DNA of 64,000 bases from Fimicolochytrium jonesii (Eukaryota), in NCBI RefSeq assembly GCF_025526975.1, contig NW_026515672.1, positions 930,001 through 994,000 on the forward strand, in the 5' to 3' direction. Position numbers and translations under genes: made by a program. This document shows positions 38,837-52,600 of this stretch, piece after piece; position 1 is the first letter of the stretch; the number at the start of each line of letters is the position of its first letter. Under the pieces are notes generated by a model, which did not search any database, was not told the DNA's origin, and saw nothing but the letters and a program-made list of their open reading frames with translations.

Positions 38837-40066
38837 GGCGCTTTTTGCGTATCGCGGAAGACCGGAAAATCGCGCATGTATCACATCGGTGATTGGACAT
38901 GTGACAGCATCTGAAACTGATATCACAGCGTGCTACCCTCCATTCCAACTCTGTTCACTCACGCGTTGGTGACCGTCCCGGTCGCTATTGTAAGGAAGGG
39001 ATGGAGAGGTGGAGGACCGCTGCTTTCTCCGTCCTCGGGAGTATCGCATGGAAGGGTCTCATAGGTCCTGTACAACACTGTGGCCCTCTTGGCATCTCGA
39101 GGCGGACAAGACGTGGCGTTCTACGACGGGGCACGACGGGGCACTAGGGAGGGCAATCTTCAGCGGCAGACACTTAAGCCTAGAGAGGCGTTCTTTGTAC
39201 GATCTGGCCTTCTGTGGAGGGACGGGGAGCATTCGACTGCATGCGGGGGCGTCTATATCGATCCTGAACGGACGTACGCGGCTCCCTGGTGCGATAGGAC
39301 TGTTCCCGGAGGATCTATCTGCATCCTCGTCAGATGCACTGGTTCACCGATTTCGCATCACGTACATATGCAGTCCAATGAACAGCTCTGCGATGCACCT
39401 TGGCTACCTTTCCATTCAGCTGGGAGTGATATCGCGGCTTCTTACCCCACTGCTAAATCCTTTCTCGATGAGCGGCAACTTTTCGAGCGGAGCGGGATAG
39501 GACCTTGAGCGTTTTCTGAATGCTCTCATTCTTCCTCTTGATGTCGCGCACTTCAAACTTCAAATCTCTTGGAGTCCAGACGTCTCCGTACAGGGCTTTC
39601 TCTGCAACTCGCCGCCAGTATGTCAAACACAACGGATAACCTGCCCTTTGAATGCCCATGTGGCTACCCTAGCGTGTGATTGATGGACTCTGTATAGTAC
39701 TCTGCTCTGTGCTTAGTTTTGTTGGATTCTCCTTCTTCCGATGGTCTTTTCCTGAATGTATTATAACCATTTAACCCCCAGGGGAAAGGCAAAAGGAAAA
39801 TCGTCAAAGTCAGAGGTGACAGCATTGGGACAGAACACTGTCAAAACGACGCCAAAGGGGGTGGCTAGAACAATATGGGGGTTGCTCGGATCCATTCCCC
39901 AAATTTATTGTGCAAAAATTGGTTGGTTGCGTGACAAATCGCAAAGAAACAACGCTATGGTTTCGATCCCGCGAGCCAGAGAAGAAAAGCAATGCAGACG
40001 AGGTTTCCCTCATCCGGGTATAGAAGACGGGAAGCCGCCGAGTTGCTATCAGGAGGGTCAACTCGT

Positions 40067-41570
40067 TCAAGCCATAGCAGTGACGGGTCCCTTGAAGAAA
40101 TTGTCCGTCATGGGTTGACCAGGAGGCAGTTTGGGAAGCACGGTCTGGCTCTGCCCTTTCATCGAGTTCTTTCCCGTTGTGGAATTGTCAACGGCGGAGG
40201 TACTTTGGTTGACGCCTGAGCCATTGATGGGCGCGGCTCGCATGTTCATGTAGATCCTCTCGTTGTATATATATGCCACGCTGTTCCAGACTCCCCCAAG
40301 ATTTGCGCCTGGCGGAGAAGCGTTCGTGAGATGACGATCAAGCCGGCGTACCTTCGCAAACAACTCTCAACCACTCACCGGCGATCCCAACATAGATGCA
40401 AAACATCCTAAACCCATACGGCTTCGTCGTATCAGCCATAGCAGCCGTCAACAGCAACGCGCACGGAAGCCACTGCAAGCAAGCAGCAATCGTAAAGCTC
40501 TGCAGTCTTCGCACAGCGCGGTCCGTTCCCGCGGTAGCTTTGCTTTGAGCGGCGCTTTGCTTCTTGCCGTGCATTTCGTTCCGCACCCGGTTGACGTGCC
40601 GGACGGTCATGTAGGAGGTGACCATGACGGTTGCGCTGACGAACAAGAAGAATAGGACTGAGGTTGGGCGGAAGGGATTCTTTTAGTCATCGATGAGAGG
40701 CATGATGTCAATAGCTCACTGTATACAACACTCACCTGAGAACCAGCCGTAACCTCGACCAGGGCTACCAGTCGCAAGATTGGGGCCTTGGCTAGTGACG
40801 CAGACAGAGAAGTGCGGTAAGCAACACAATCAAGGACGGCGTTGTCCGTTCACAAGCACTCCGGCAAACGTACAAGTATAAGAAAGGACCCATCCCCTGA
40901 TTGGCATTGGCAGTCCCAAAGATCAACAGACCGGGCAGAAATGCAATCACATGCAGGCGGTACTCATACACGCCTAACGGGAATTCCTTGCCAACGACGA
41001 CTTTCAAGAACGACTGGATTGACAGCACTGTCGTGACGTTCATCTAAAATATTGACAGGGAGAGGGTAAGACATTCCGACTTCTCCCCACAGCCCCACAC
41101 TCCGAATCAAAATGGGCGCGCAGACGTTACCTGATATGCGACGAAGCAGAACACTAACGTCCCAAGCAAACCCCCAACCCTCGGGGACGGGTATCTCTCG
41201 GTGCTGACCAAAACAATATGGTCCAGCGTGTGAACAACCGCGAAGAGGAGGTCGGCTAGGCAACGGTACAGCGGACTGCATATAGGTTAGGGAGGAAGTT
41301 GGTTAAAACACACTCAATCCATGGATCCACACCGAGCGTCCCGCGATGGTGGAAACTCAGACAGTGTCAAGCCCACACTCACAGTCGCTCCGCAAACGAG
41401 GCATAATTCTGCTGCTTGATCGCCCTCGCAAGAACGAATGTCGACCCGATGATCGTCAACCCGATACACACAAACGCGAGCGTATGCACTCCAATGAAGT
41501 TGGAGTAATCATCCCACACGATAGCGCAGGCGTCGGGCTCGGATTCCGTCCATTTACACCGTGTAGACAT
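40067..41570 (-). CDS. Seven-transmembrane receptor (cAMP-receptor/Git3-like GPCR), multi-exon
   Basis: Several hydrophobic helices spread over short exons, ERL after TM1, a basic loop before FTIAACLQWLP, and the TM7-like ANLGGVWNSVAYIYNE followed by an S/T-rich tail. Confidence 0.65.
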
Positions 41571-42535
41571 GGTGGTTTTTCTACTGTCTGCTCGTGTACA
41601 CTATGGCTCTACGGTTCGTGTGGCAGGAAGGGGCTGGAGGCTTGGGTCTCGATGAAAAACTCTGGGTGGTGCTGAACCCGGAGGTGAGGAGGGTCTACAT
41701 ATTCCACGACGCCCTTATGAAGGGTCCATTGAGGGCCACCTTTGCTTGCTTTGCGAGGTGTAGATAACAACGAAACATAGTGACCTACAAACGCTCAAAG
41801 GCCTTGAGAGGCAGAAATTGACGATTGCACATGTGCACAGGAAGGAGCGGGGCCGAAAAACAGTATTTTGGGAGTGGGCATAAACAAACAACAATGCACC
41901 AATTCCAAGCGGGTATTGATCAGGCGGAAGGGGTCCAGCGCCACCGCCTGAACCCATTCAGAATGGCCGTCCAATTCGAGATACCGGCGTCACACGGCGT
42001 GGAAGGTTGCCAAGTGGTTCTCGAGCATCGCGGGTGTCAGTGCTAGATCGAGGGTGGCGAGATATTTAAGCTCAGGATCGCGCTGTTGGATCGACAGTGC
42101 CGGAGCCCGTCTGGCACTCCCGTATTTCCCTAAATGCTATAAGGCGTTCGGGACCATTTAGCAGTCTAGGCTGTTTGTCATTCATGAAAGCTCAAAGCAG
42201 GGCATGAACATTGTCCGCCTCTCGAGCCATTCGAGGACTTCGTCGTCTTTTCGTTGGCACGTGGATAAAGAATAGGTGAAACGGCGGCAAGGTGGATAAG
42301 GCGGACAATGCGGACAATGGCAAACTCCGCCTGCCGATGCGCTGTCGAATACTGCCACTTGCTTTGACAAGACAAAGGAACTGACAAAATGCATTTATTC
42401 TAATGAACGACAATATCTACATCGATAACCTTCGGTACAGATCAATACTTTTGGAACACCATCGTAACCAGCGCCACCCAATACAAAGCTTTCGCAAAAA
42501 TGCCAAAACGCCAACATAAACTCTGTCCTCCCACA

Positions 42536-44351
42536 TCACGCCTCAACAGCCTCCCTAACAGCCTCCCCAAAAATCTCCAACCCCTTCTCCATCTCCTCTT
42601 TCGACACAGTCAAAGGCGGGATAAACCTTAGCGTCTCAAACACCGACGTCGTGAGCACCAGCAGACCTCGATCGAGACACGCTTTCTGGACGCGGGCGGA
42701 GATGCCTGCGGGAGCTTCCGGGCTGAATTCGAGACCGACCATAAGACCACGGCCGCGGATGTCGCCGATGAGGGGGGCGAGGGTAGGGGATGTGCGGAGG
42801 GATTCGAGGCCTGCGCGGAGTTGAGCTCCTCTGTAGTGATAGGAGTTATAAGAAGTGTGCGGTGGAGGGAAGGATTTGGAAGGGAAACGGTACCGTGCTG
42901 CAACGTTTTCCAGGATCTTCTCCTCGTGCATTACATCTGCACATGCGACTCCAGCGGCGCAAGCCACGGCGTTACTGCATAAACGTCGTTAGCCAAAGCG
43001 TTCCTCACTCGCACTCACGACGGGAAGAAACAACTCAACCCACCCCGAGTAGGTACCACCCATACTCCCAGGCGCCTGCTTATCCATCAACTCCTTCCGG
43101 CTAGCCAAGCCGCTCAATGGGAACCCGTTTGCGATCCCCTTCGCCATGACGAGGATATCCGGTCGTACACCATATTGCTCGATGGCAAAGTACGTGCCTG
43201 TTCGGCCGAACCCGGATTGTACCTCGTCGATGATGAGGAGGATATTGTTCTCATCGCAGAGCTTGCGGAGCTGTTCCATATACCCTAAGAGCGTTTGAGG
43301 TTGAGTAGGAACCCATCCCGTCGACCCAAATGAACCCAATGCAACGTACGTTGTGGTGCTGGAACATAACCGCCTTCTCCCAACACAGGCTCAATGATAA
43401 TAGCCGCCGTATCGCTCGCTGGGGTCTGTTGCTTCAGGAGAAGCTTCAACTCCCGGATGGCATGATCGGCACATCGGTCTTCGGCAGTGGCTTTGTCTCC
43501 ACCCGTTTCGCGGAGGTAGTGATAGGTGTAAGGGAAGGGGGTGACATATACTCCTGACTGAGTGGGCTATGTTAACATGGGGGGTCAATTGCCCGATGAG
43601 ACATCCACGCTCTTACCATTAACGGACCGAATCCTGCGGAGTAGATGGTCTTCGACCGAGTCATAGACATTGCCCCGAATGTTCGCCCATGGAAAGCGCC
43701 CTGAGTGAATGCATTCGTTAACCCCCAAACTCATGGCTCGCATAGTACATGCCGTCGGGTTGCCAAACCTGCATAACGATGACATTCTGCTTCTTCGTTG
43801 CGTGACGAGCGAGCTTCACCGCGTTCTCGGATGCTTCGGAGCCCGAATTGAACCATAGGAAGGTATCCAGTGACTCGTGTGGCATCACTGGCAGGAGCTT
43901 TTGTACCAGTTCCAGTTGCGGTTTCTACGGTAGAGCAGTACAGTACCTTCATTAGTCAAATGGGTTATCGAGGAGAAACAAGAAACATTGAGTCGCGGCC
44001 AACCTGGTACCCAGCGTTGATCTGTGCGTGTATGATTCGATCGCATTGACGCTGTGCTGCCTTGACGACTTTGGGGTGACAATGTCCTGTACAGAAATCA
44101 CATTCGTAAGTTCGGTGCTTCCAGGTCCGGCCCATTTTTGCCAAGCGTCCTTCCCTACCAAGGTTCGTAACCCCAATACCACATGTGAAGTCCAGGTACT
44201 TCTGGCCCTCAACCGTATACAACCAGGATCCCTTTCCGTTGTCCCATACCAACTCCGTTGCGCGCGCAATACCCCGACCGAGGTGCTGCTTGCCGAAAGC
44301 TGCCATCTCCGCGCCTACTTTGGTGACGGCTGATCTCATGGGTGCCGCCAT
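42536..44351 (-). CDS. Class III PLP aminotransferase (GabT-like 4-aminobutyrate aminotransferase)
   Basis: YLDFTCGIGVTNLG|HCHPKV, NSGSEASENAVKLAR, GAFHGRT, PVLGEGGY, DEVQSGFGRTG, MAKGIANGFPLS and IRGRGLMVG. Confidence 0.9.
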
Positions 44352-44821
44352 CTTGGAACGGTTATATCTCGCGTTCTTTGAGTGCTGGGTTGCGATCGCC
44401 GGTCAGACGTCTTCTCTTTTGACAACTTGACGGGAAGCTCCGGGGAAAAGAAAGAAATGCGTATGGGGAGCAAAAGGGTTCCTCGTCGTTGAGATGTTGG
44501 GTTGGGATACCTAGTTCTTCGTACCTCTTCATGGTCCTTTTGAGCCTCGGGTGGAAACCTGGCGTGATGTCATTTGCTCGGCGCCGCGACTCCCACCCTC
44601 ATCAGAATGACACCAACCTGTCCGAATGTTCTGAACTTCGACTTCTACCCAAGAAACCATCCCAAAGCCGTCGGCGTTTCCGTTCTCTCACACCCAACAG
44701 AGTGCGTTCTGGTCTTGTCCGTCCACTCGTAAGTGTTGTCGTTCTGCCTCTGTATGGGTGACGCAAGACAGACGTCTAACCGGCGGCTTTCCCGAAGCAG
44801 TTGCGACGGGACACCAAATGA

Positions 44822-45407
44822 ATGGCCGACGGTCCGACCGACACCAGACAAGTCCTTGTCCTCCCAGCAAGAACTTCCGTCAAGAGGTATGGGATGCTTG
44901 CTTTGGGAAATCATTAGTAGCCCTCGACAGTTCAACCCGTTTCTCCTCGCAGTCCCTTTTGCTTGCAATGCGGCGGTACGGCAGTGAAGAACAAGAATGG
45001 GAAAGCTGAGCGGCTTGTCTCTTGTGCCCTGTGTGGGCTCAGTGGTGCGTACTTCCCTTTTAGCAAGCTGCTGGGGTGTTCCACCGTTCACGCACTCACT
45101 CTCCAATCCTAGACCATCCGAGTTGCCTAAGCCTGAGCAGAATTGCAACCAAAAACGTTCAGGGGTACGACTGGTCGTGCAGGGACTGCAAGAGCTGCTT
45201 CGTTTGTCAAAAGCCATCGGAGGAACTGCTATTATGTGATCATTGCGACCGGGCGTCGCATCTTGAGTGCGTGGATCCGCCATTGAAAAAGATACCCAAA
45301 GGTAAGACGCCGTATGTGCGATCTAACATTCACAGCAGAACTCATTGATACTCTTTTGTTTGAACATAGGACGATGGCTATGCCATATATGCAAGGACGC
45401 GACGTAG
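44822..45407 (+). CDS. Small double PHD finger (DPF-type) protein, 4 exons
   Basis: Spliced reading [30 protein letters not shown]...[20 protein letters not shown]...[14 protein letters not shown]...[37 protein letters not shown]. Confidence 0.8.
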
Positions 45408-45563
45408 ATCGGTCAGGACGCATCACAAACATCTATAGAGTCTCAGATTGGGCCAGCAAAGATTACGCCGCAACGGGTGGGTGACACTTTTTGGGATTAC
45501 GGACGGATGGGGGTGTGAAACCGAACTCCTGCAATCGACCTTCCCGGTGAAGATCGATGGCAA

Positions 45564-46082
45564 TCACTTTGTCATTTTCTTCGAAGCTAGCGCGGCACAA
45601 AACTGGTTTGTCCGAGTAGGACGATGGTGGTTTAGCAATTCAGCGGAATGTGAGAGACGCATATCAATGAAAAGCAGTCGCACCTCATCAAAGAGAACAT
45701 ATCCCCCCTTATTCTTATCAATCTGATCGAACGTGCTCCGTGCGCTATCCCCGTCCAGCCCCAAGCTTTTCCAGCCTTTGCTGAATTCCGCGAAATCCAC
45801 GCGATGATCCCCATCCTTATCCAACTTTTGAAACTGTGTGTAGAACCTATCATAGTTCTCCAGGTAGCTCATAAGCCTCCCAAACTCCTTCCTGTCCACA
45901 AAACCGTCCTTGGATGCGTCGGTGGCCTTGTAGGCCCGCATAATCACGGGTTTCCGGGAGGCATACTGAGGGAACGATTGGATGATGGCGCGGTCGATTT
46001 CGGCGAGGGAGAGGATGCCGTTGCCGTTGTAGTCGAAGGTCTTCCACAGGTTCTCGGCGTCGTCGTGGGTGAGGTCTTTCAT
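45564..46082 (-). CDS. EF-hand protein, flagellar calcium-binding protein (calflagin)-like
   Basis: FDYNGNGILSLAEID, KPVIMRAY, DGFVDRKEF..L..YL, LDKDGDHRVDFAEF and IDKNKGGYVLFDE|FC give four EF-hand-like loops with the calflagin-family spacing. Confidence 0.75.
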   Translation of the reverse strand: MKDLTHDDAENLWKTFDYNGNGILSLAEIDRAIIQSFPQYASRKPVIMRAYKATDASKDGFVDRKEFGRLMSYLENYDRFYTQFQKLDKDGDHRVDFAEFSKGWKSLGLDGDSARSTFDQIDKNKGGYVLFDEVRLLFIDMRLSHSAELLNHHRPTRTNQFCAALASKKMTK

Positions 46083-46667
46083 GGTGATGTCAGTGGCTTG
46101 CGTTTACGGCCGTTTGACGATGGTGGCGGCTGCACGTCGAAGCCGAGAGCAAGTCATGACGGTCATCAAGCCTCAATCCGAGTGAGACAACTCGACAGCG
46201 CGTAACCGGCTCGAAACGCGCTCCCGTTATTTTGGGAAGGGCGCATACTGACCCAACCCTTTGAGCTTCGGCAGGCAGAGAAATGGACATCCAACACAAG
46301 AGAAGGCAAGTCTCTGAAAGAATCCCCTATCTATTTTGGAGTTGCCAGCACTAACATCGTGATTTACAGGGTAGCGGAAAGAGCGGCAAAGGAACTGAAT
46401 GCAGTTTTCCACATCGGTGCATCAGATGCCGATCTATTGGGGAACTTGGGAAATGTTTCGAGGGATGTAGAGGCGGATTACCTGAGCAGGTAGGAGAGAA
46501 AACGAAATGAAAGAGCGATATATTTCTGGACTCAACGTCTTGCTAGGCAAGCAACAGATACCATCCCAAAGGTTAGCAAACTGGGCCAGAGTCGGCCAGG
46601 GCACCACAGCGACAAAGCATCCCCATACGGACACGGACACAGCCATGGCCGCAATGCCAAGCGTGCA

Positions 46668-49600
46668 ATGTCCCGAAGGCTACCAGTCCTCCCCGTCCTG
46701 CCAGTGCAGGGCCAAAAGCTTTGGGAGGCGCCCGTATCCCAATATGAAACATTCGCAAGATCACCCACACGACGAACCTTCGAAGAAGAACAAAGCCTTC
46801 GAAATCGTACATCCCACCCCCACCGATCTCTCGACGTCATGCTCGTCGGGCAGGGGATCTCAAACTGGACCACCCAGGGCCCGAAAGAGTTGGAAGAGCC
46901 CTGGCATGAGACGTATGAGGACGCTACATTGCACGAAAATGCCGGAATCGAATCGTTCCCGGAGGGCAGAGACACCCCCTCGCCGATGCAGCTCGCCCCA
47001 CTAGTCGTGCATGACACCGCTTATCAGACTGACCGGGGCTCGAATGGAAACCCGATTGAGGAGCATGCGCGCTTTCAGAGTTTTAGCGATATTGAGGCGG
47101 TGTTCAAGAAGTATTCGGCGTTGTTGGGGCGGGAGAGTGAGGGTTTCGGGGGAGCGATGGAGGGGTCGTCTTTGGCGTCGCTGCCGAGGGCTTTGGGTGC
47201 TGCGGATGAGAACGCGGACAGGAGAGCATCTGTGACGGTTGTCACTACATGTATGTCGCACGGATGCCATTCAAGATGCATGCATGCCATAAATGAGGGA
47301 GCTAACTCCACCTACTATGACTGTGGCAGCAGAGGGACCCACTACAGGTCCCCAAGACACGCCCGCTTCAACAGAATCACAATCTAAGCTAGATAGCGTG
47401 GATGAGAACCCTCCCGCGAACACGGCTATGGAGGGCATTATAGTCGCAACGGAATCAGCCGGAGATCAAGAGGAACCATCCGACCGTCCTCTCGGCGCGG
47501 ATTTGGGGTCCGGGGTCTTCATGGAGACACAGCCGCCAGAAGTTCTTACGGGGCTCGGGGACGCTTCCAGTATCCGCATTACTAAGGATTTAAAGCGGGA
47601 GAATGAAGATCATCAGTCGCCGGTTTGGAGACCGGAGAATGAGGTCGCACGGCTTGAAGGGAAGGCGGGACGCCAAATGGAGGAGACGGAGTTTGGGGAT
47701 GTTGAGGAATGGGTCGAATCAGGTTGGTAAATGCATGGAGTGCCTATTTAAACGTCTCAACAAACGACATAACTAAATGACCCCAAACAGACCGACAAGA
47801 AATGATAATCGAAAGCTACAAAGCCGTCATCCAATACCGCACCACCAACCGCCGCAAACGCGAACGATCCGGCCAAAAACCCAAGACTCAGAAACTTTTC
47901 TCCTTTGCTAAATTCAATGAACTGCAGGACGAGTTTGAGAAGGAGGCGTCGCTGCTTGCGACTGGGAACGCGAGTGTATCGCATTTTCATCCCGTTCAGC
48001 CGAAACCGCCCACTGCGTCCATTTATGCGGAGGCGGTGCAGCAGGACGCCTTTGATATGGAGCGGGTGACGACGCCCATCTCGAACCTGTCGGCGTTGTT
48101 GGAGGTGCAGCGACAGGCGCCGTTCCAGGTATGAACCACCTATGATGAGCAGAGCAATCTGAGACGGATCTTGTTGACAAGCGTTTAGCTAGAAGGTCGA
48201 CCCATGTCGATCAACCGCATCCCTATCGCGGCGGGGTCGATGAACATTGGGATGAGTTGGACGCCGGCGCAGCCGAGGTTGAGTTTTGCGGGGCGGTCGA
48301 GGAGTGGGCATTTTGGGTCTTTGCCAGGGACTCCTAAGGTTTGTGACTTCTTCCTTTCTGGCTTTTTCTCTTCCTTCTTGCTTTACTTACAGTCTTGATA
48401 GGTTGGACAAGGACATCCTCGACGAACAACGATCAAGCCGCCAGATGCTCTCGCCACACCGGCATCCCCGGCACACGAACCCGGCGCCTCTACTACCCGC
48501 TTGCAAACTACGATCCCCACCGCCACCCAAACCGCACCAGATATACCCGCATCCCGCGAGATCTCCACCCACGTCCTAACCCAACAACTCGAAGACGCGT
48601 GGGTCCAGCCAGAAGTCCTGTACACGAGCTCGCTAGTATTTGGAGCTGAGCCGCCGTTGGAGTTGGCGGAGGTGCGTGTGCCGTCTGCGCCTGTCGTGGG
48701 TGGTGGTGCGGAGGAGGGGGTGGGTGGGAGTCAGATGGGTGGGGATTTGGATGGGCCGTTGATGGTGGAGGAGGTCCCGTCGGAGATGCCCACTGTTGAG
48801 GCTGTTGAGGATGAGCCTGTGAAGGATGAGCCGTCCGGGGATGAGCAAAACAGAGACGTTGGGACAACCGGGGCAGACGCCAGCCAGATGCAGACGCAGG
48901 TCAAGAGAGAATCCGTGAATCCCACCATAGAGTTCCCCTCGGAACCTGCCTATCCACTAGCCTTACAGCCCGAACTCCCGCATTCCCAAAACACTTCACC
49001 CGAATCCGCGGCTTCTCACCATCTGCATCCGCAGCCTCAAGCGGCGGCCCCATCTCCATTCGACACATCGAGTGAAGAGCCGTTGAGTGGATGGGGCGGC
49101 TCGGAAGCTGAATATGGGCTTGAGCGACCGCGGGAACTAGAGCGGTCGGTGGGCAGGCGAGAACAGGGAAACATAGCTTCGAATCGGAAAGGTAGTGAGA
49201 AGCAGGTGGTTGCTGATTCTGCCAGGGAAACGTCGGTATCCGTGATGAGTGATGCGTCTGAGGCTCGCGTGGCCATGAAGACCACGGCAGCAGGGATCAC
49301 CGGGCCCCCAGAGACGGATGCTTCATCGGCACAGATCCCGGATGTTAATGTCCCAGGCTCACGGGAACATCAGATGGCAGAGGATCAGATGGTAGAACAG
49401 GACTTGGGATTGACAGCTGAGGCCGATGTGCAAGCATTAGCTACAGACGGTACGCCGGAGCATCAAGTCGCCGAGGCCATGACTGATATACCAGTGAATG
49501 CTGAGCTTGGCGCTGATTTGGGGGCTATGGGAAGGGGTATCGAAGGCAGCATGCTACTGGAGGAAGAACAACCAGATGCCGGAGCCGAAGAAATGGAAGA

Positions 49601-52600
49601 GTCCGACGACGACGAGGATTGGTTCGGCGTCAGCTCCAAATTCAAAACGCGCGAACCCTCCGCCCCACCAGCCGGCCCATCCCAAATTGCCCAAGTCAGG
49701 AGCATCCAAATGACCGCTGAGCAAGGCACGGCTCTCTACCACCGCATTCACGGCAACGAGCGTCGGCGCGCCACAATGTCGGACGACGACCGGCGGAAAT
49801 ACCCCGTTTTCTTCGAACAGCATAATGAGAGCGAGCAGTTGGCGCAGATGCACAAGGAGTCGAGGGAGAAGGAGATTGCGGCGCTTACCGCTCAATTGGC
49901 TGATACGGAGGTTCCCGTCCCTGCTTATCTTCGCCGGCGGGGCATCTTACTTGGATTCCGTGGCGACTTTGCCCTGGCGCTGGCTGACCTCGACAAGGCA
50001 TTCGAATACGACCCGTTCAACTCTGAGGCGTGCTGGTATCGCCATCAGCTGCTCCTGTTAAACGGCGACGTCCAGAAAGCACTCAGAGACCTCGACATGA
50101 TTACGGAAACTAACCGCCTGCACATGGCGGCCTTCCAGACCCGCGGGAGAATTTACCAGGAACTAGGCATGATCAAAATGGCGATCGTAAACTACTCGCA
50201 GGTGATCAAGCTAAAACCGCACGACGCCGACGCGTACTTCCAGCGCGCCACGCTGTTCGAGCAGGAAGATGAGATGGTCTACGCCAACGAGGACTATCGT
50301 ATGGTTCGGAACCTCGATCCCAACAACGAGCCGGCTTTGCGCAACCTTGCGATGTACAGCTTCCAGCGGCAGCTATGGGGCGACTCACTAGCCGCCTTCA
50401 CGCGGTTGATCCAACTCAACGTCAAGAACTCCGAAGCCTACCTCTTTCGCGGGCGAGCATATGCGCATCGTGGGGATTGGGAAGAAGCTTTGCAGGATAT
50501 CACGACGGCGATCCATATCAGCCCGCAGGACGCGCAGGCGTATTTCCATCGAGCCTCCTTGTTTCGGCGACGGAACCCGTTCAAGGCCATCGAGGATTTC
50601 AGTTTGTCGATTCTGCTGGATACCACTGACACATTCTATGAGGCGTACTATCAGCGTGGACTGCTTTACTACTCCTTGGAGCAGTATGAGTATGCGGTAG
50701 CGGATTTGATCACCGTGACGGAGTTGGAACCGTTGCATCATCAGGCATACCTTTCTCTCGGTATCCTCTACATGCGGTTCCTGAACAACCTCCCGGCGGC
50801 GCTGCGATGCCTTCAGAAATGCGTCTCAATCAACCCCATCCAGACGTACGGATATCTGTGCTGCGGTGATTTGTATCAAATGATGCTGAAGACCCCGCCG
50901 GCAGAGACACCCCCGGCCGTCGTCTTGAGGCCATCCTCTAACCCGTCGTCGCGGGCTGTGTCGAGAGGAGGAAAGCCTAGCGACCTGGACATTCTGTTGA
51001 GGACGAACGAGCATTATATGAAGGCGGCGGTGAGGCAGTATGATAAAGCGATACATTTGTCGCCTTCCAGTGCGAATCTGTATCTCTATCGCGGCAGAGT
51101 GTTGCTGAGGCTCGGGTGAGTATTGCGTGAATGAAGGTAATGCTGCCACATGGAATCATCCTAATCATCAACTTCTCCTTCTAGTCTCATGAGAGAAGCT
51201 ACCAACGATTTTCAAATAGCATTCGCACTCAACGCCGAGATCGCACAAACCTTCGTGCAGGTAAGTCCACCCCCAACTGGCCAAAGATCGATTGCACATC
51301 AACTGGTCAAGACCGAATCTAACAACATCCGCAGAGAGCTTTGATCCTGTCGTTCCAAAGGAAATACCAGCAAATCATCGACGAGTTCAATAGGGAGAGT
51401 AGACTCAAAACGGTCGAAGATCCGCAACTGTACATGCTGGTTGCCAAAGCCAGGATCAGTTGCGGCGATCATGAAGGTACCAAACCGTGCCCATTCCCTG
51501 TTCAACCCCATGATATGAAAATCTACTAACCTAGCCCTCCGCCAAATCAGGCGCCCTCAAAAACCTCGCCGAAGCGCTGCGCCATAACAAACGCGAATCC
51601 GAAGTCTACCTCCTCCGCGGCATCTGCTACGAAAAGCTGCGCGACTGGGCCAACGCCATCAAAGAGTTTACGCCGTGCATCCAGCTCAACCCGCAGTTCT
51701 CAAAAGCTTACTATCATCGCGGTATCTCGAAACTGCATCTGAGGGATGAGGATGGGACATATGATCTGGATAAGGCAATTAAACTGGATCCGGACTTCTT
51801 TGAGGCGTACATTGCGAGGGCGAGTTACTATCAGAGCAAAGGTGCGTTGCTGGGTCTCGTTGATGGCGTTCGGAGGTTGTTGACAATCGAAGTGCAGGAG
51901 AGTACAATTTGGCGATTGATGACTGCGATGAGGCATCGAGGATTGAGCCTACCAGTATTCGGGCGTGTCTGCTCAAAGGAGCTTGTAATTGCAAACTTGG
52001 GGAGTTTGATATGGCCATACAGGATTTTACAAAGGCAATGGTCATCGACAGGGTAAGTGGAGTACTGAGGACATTTGGACGTCATGAATATACTTGACTG
52101 ATGTCGATGCCGTCCAGACTTCCCACTACGCTCTGTATAACCGTGCGGTCACCTACCAGCTCATGAAAGAGTACGAGAGCGCCATCAAGGATTACAGCAC
52201 GGCCATGCTCCTATGCAGCGATTCAGTGAGTACAACAACACCAACACCACTCTCTCCAACCCCCTAATCCGCTAACCTCATACATCTCACTTCTCAGAAC
52301 GCCTACCGGAACCGCGGGCTGCTCTACTGGCAGCAAGGCGACCCCGAAAACGCCCTAATCGACCTCTACGCCGCGCGGGATGCCTTCCCAGAAGACGCCA
52401 AACTGCGCGCACTTCTCGGGCTGTGTCTGCAGAAATTGGGCAAGGTTGAGCAGGCGATTGAGGAGTTTAGTTCGGTACGTACGTTTCGATGTGCAGAACT
52501 TGTTTAAGGGCTCTCTGGCTAAGCTTCGCTCTTACGTAGGCAATCAAACTCAACGTGTTCATGCGCGAAGCATACATAGCTCGCGCCAACGTCCATGCGA

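Noticed and set aside
39009..39659. Short ORFs on both strands between SEN54 and the 7TM gene
   Set aside because: No motifs and frames interrupted by stops. I could not find TIRs or LTRs, so at most it is an unidentifiable relic.
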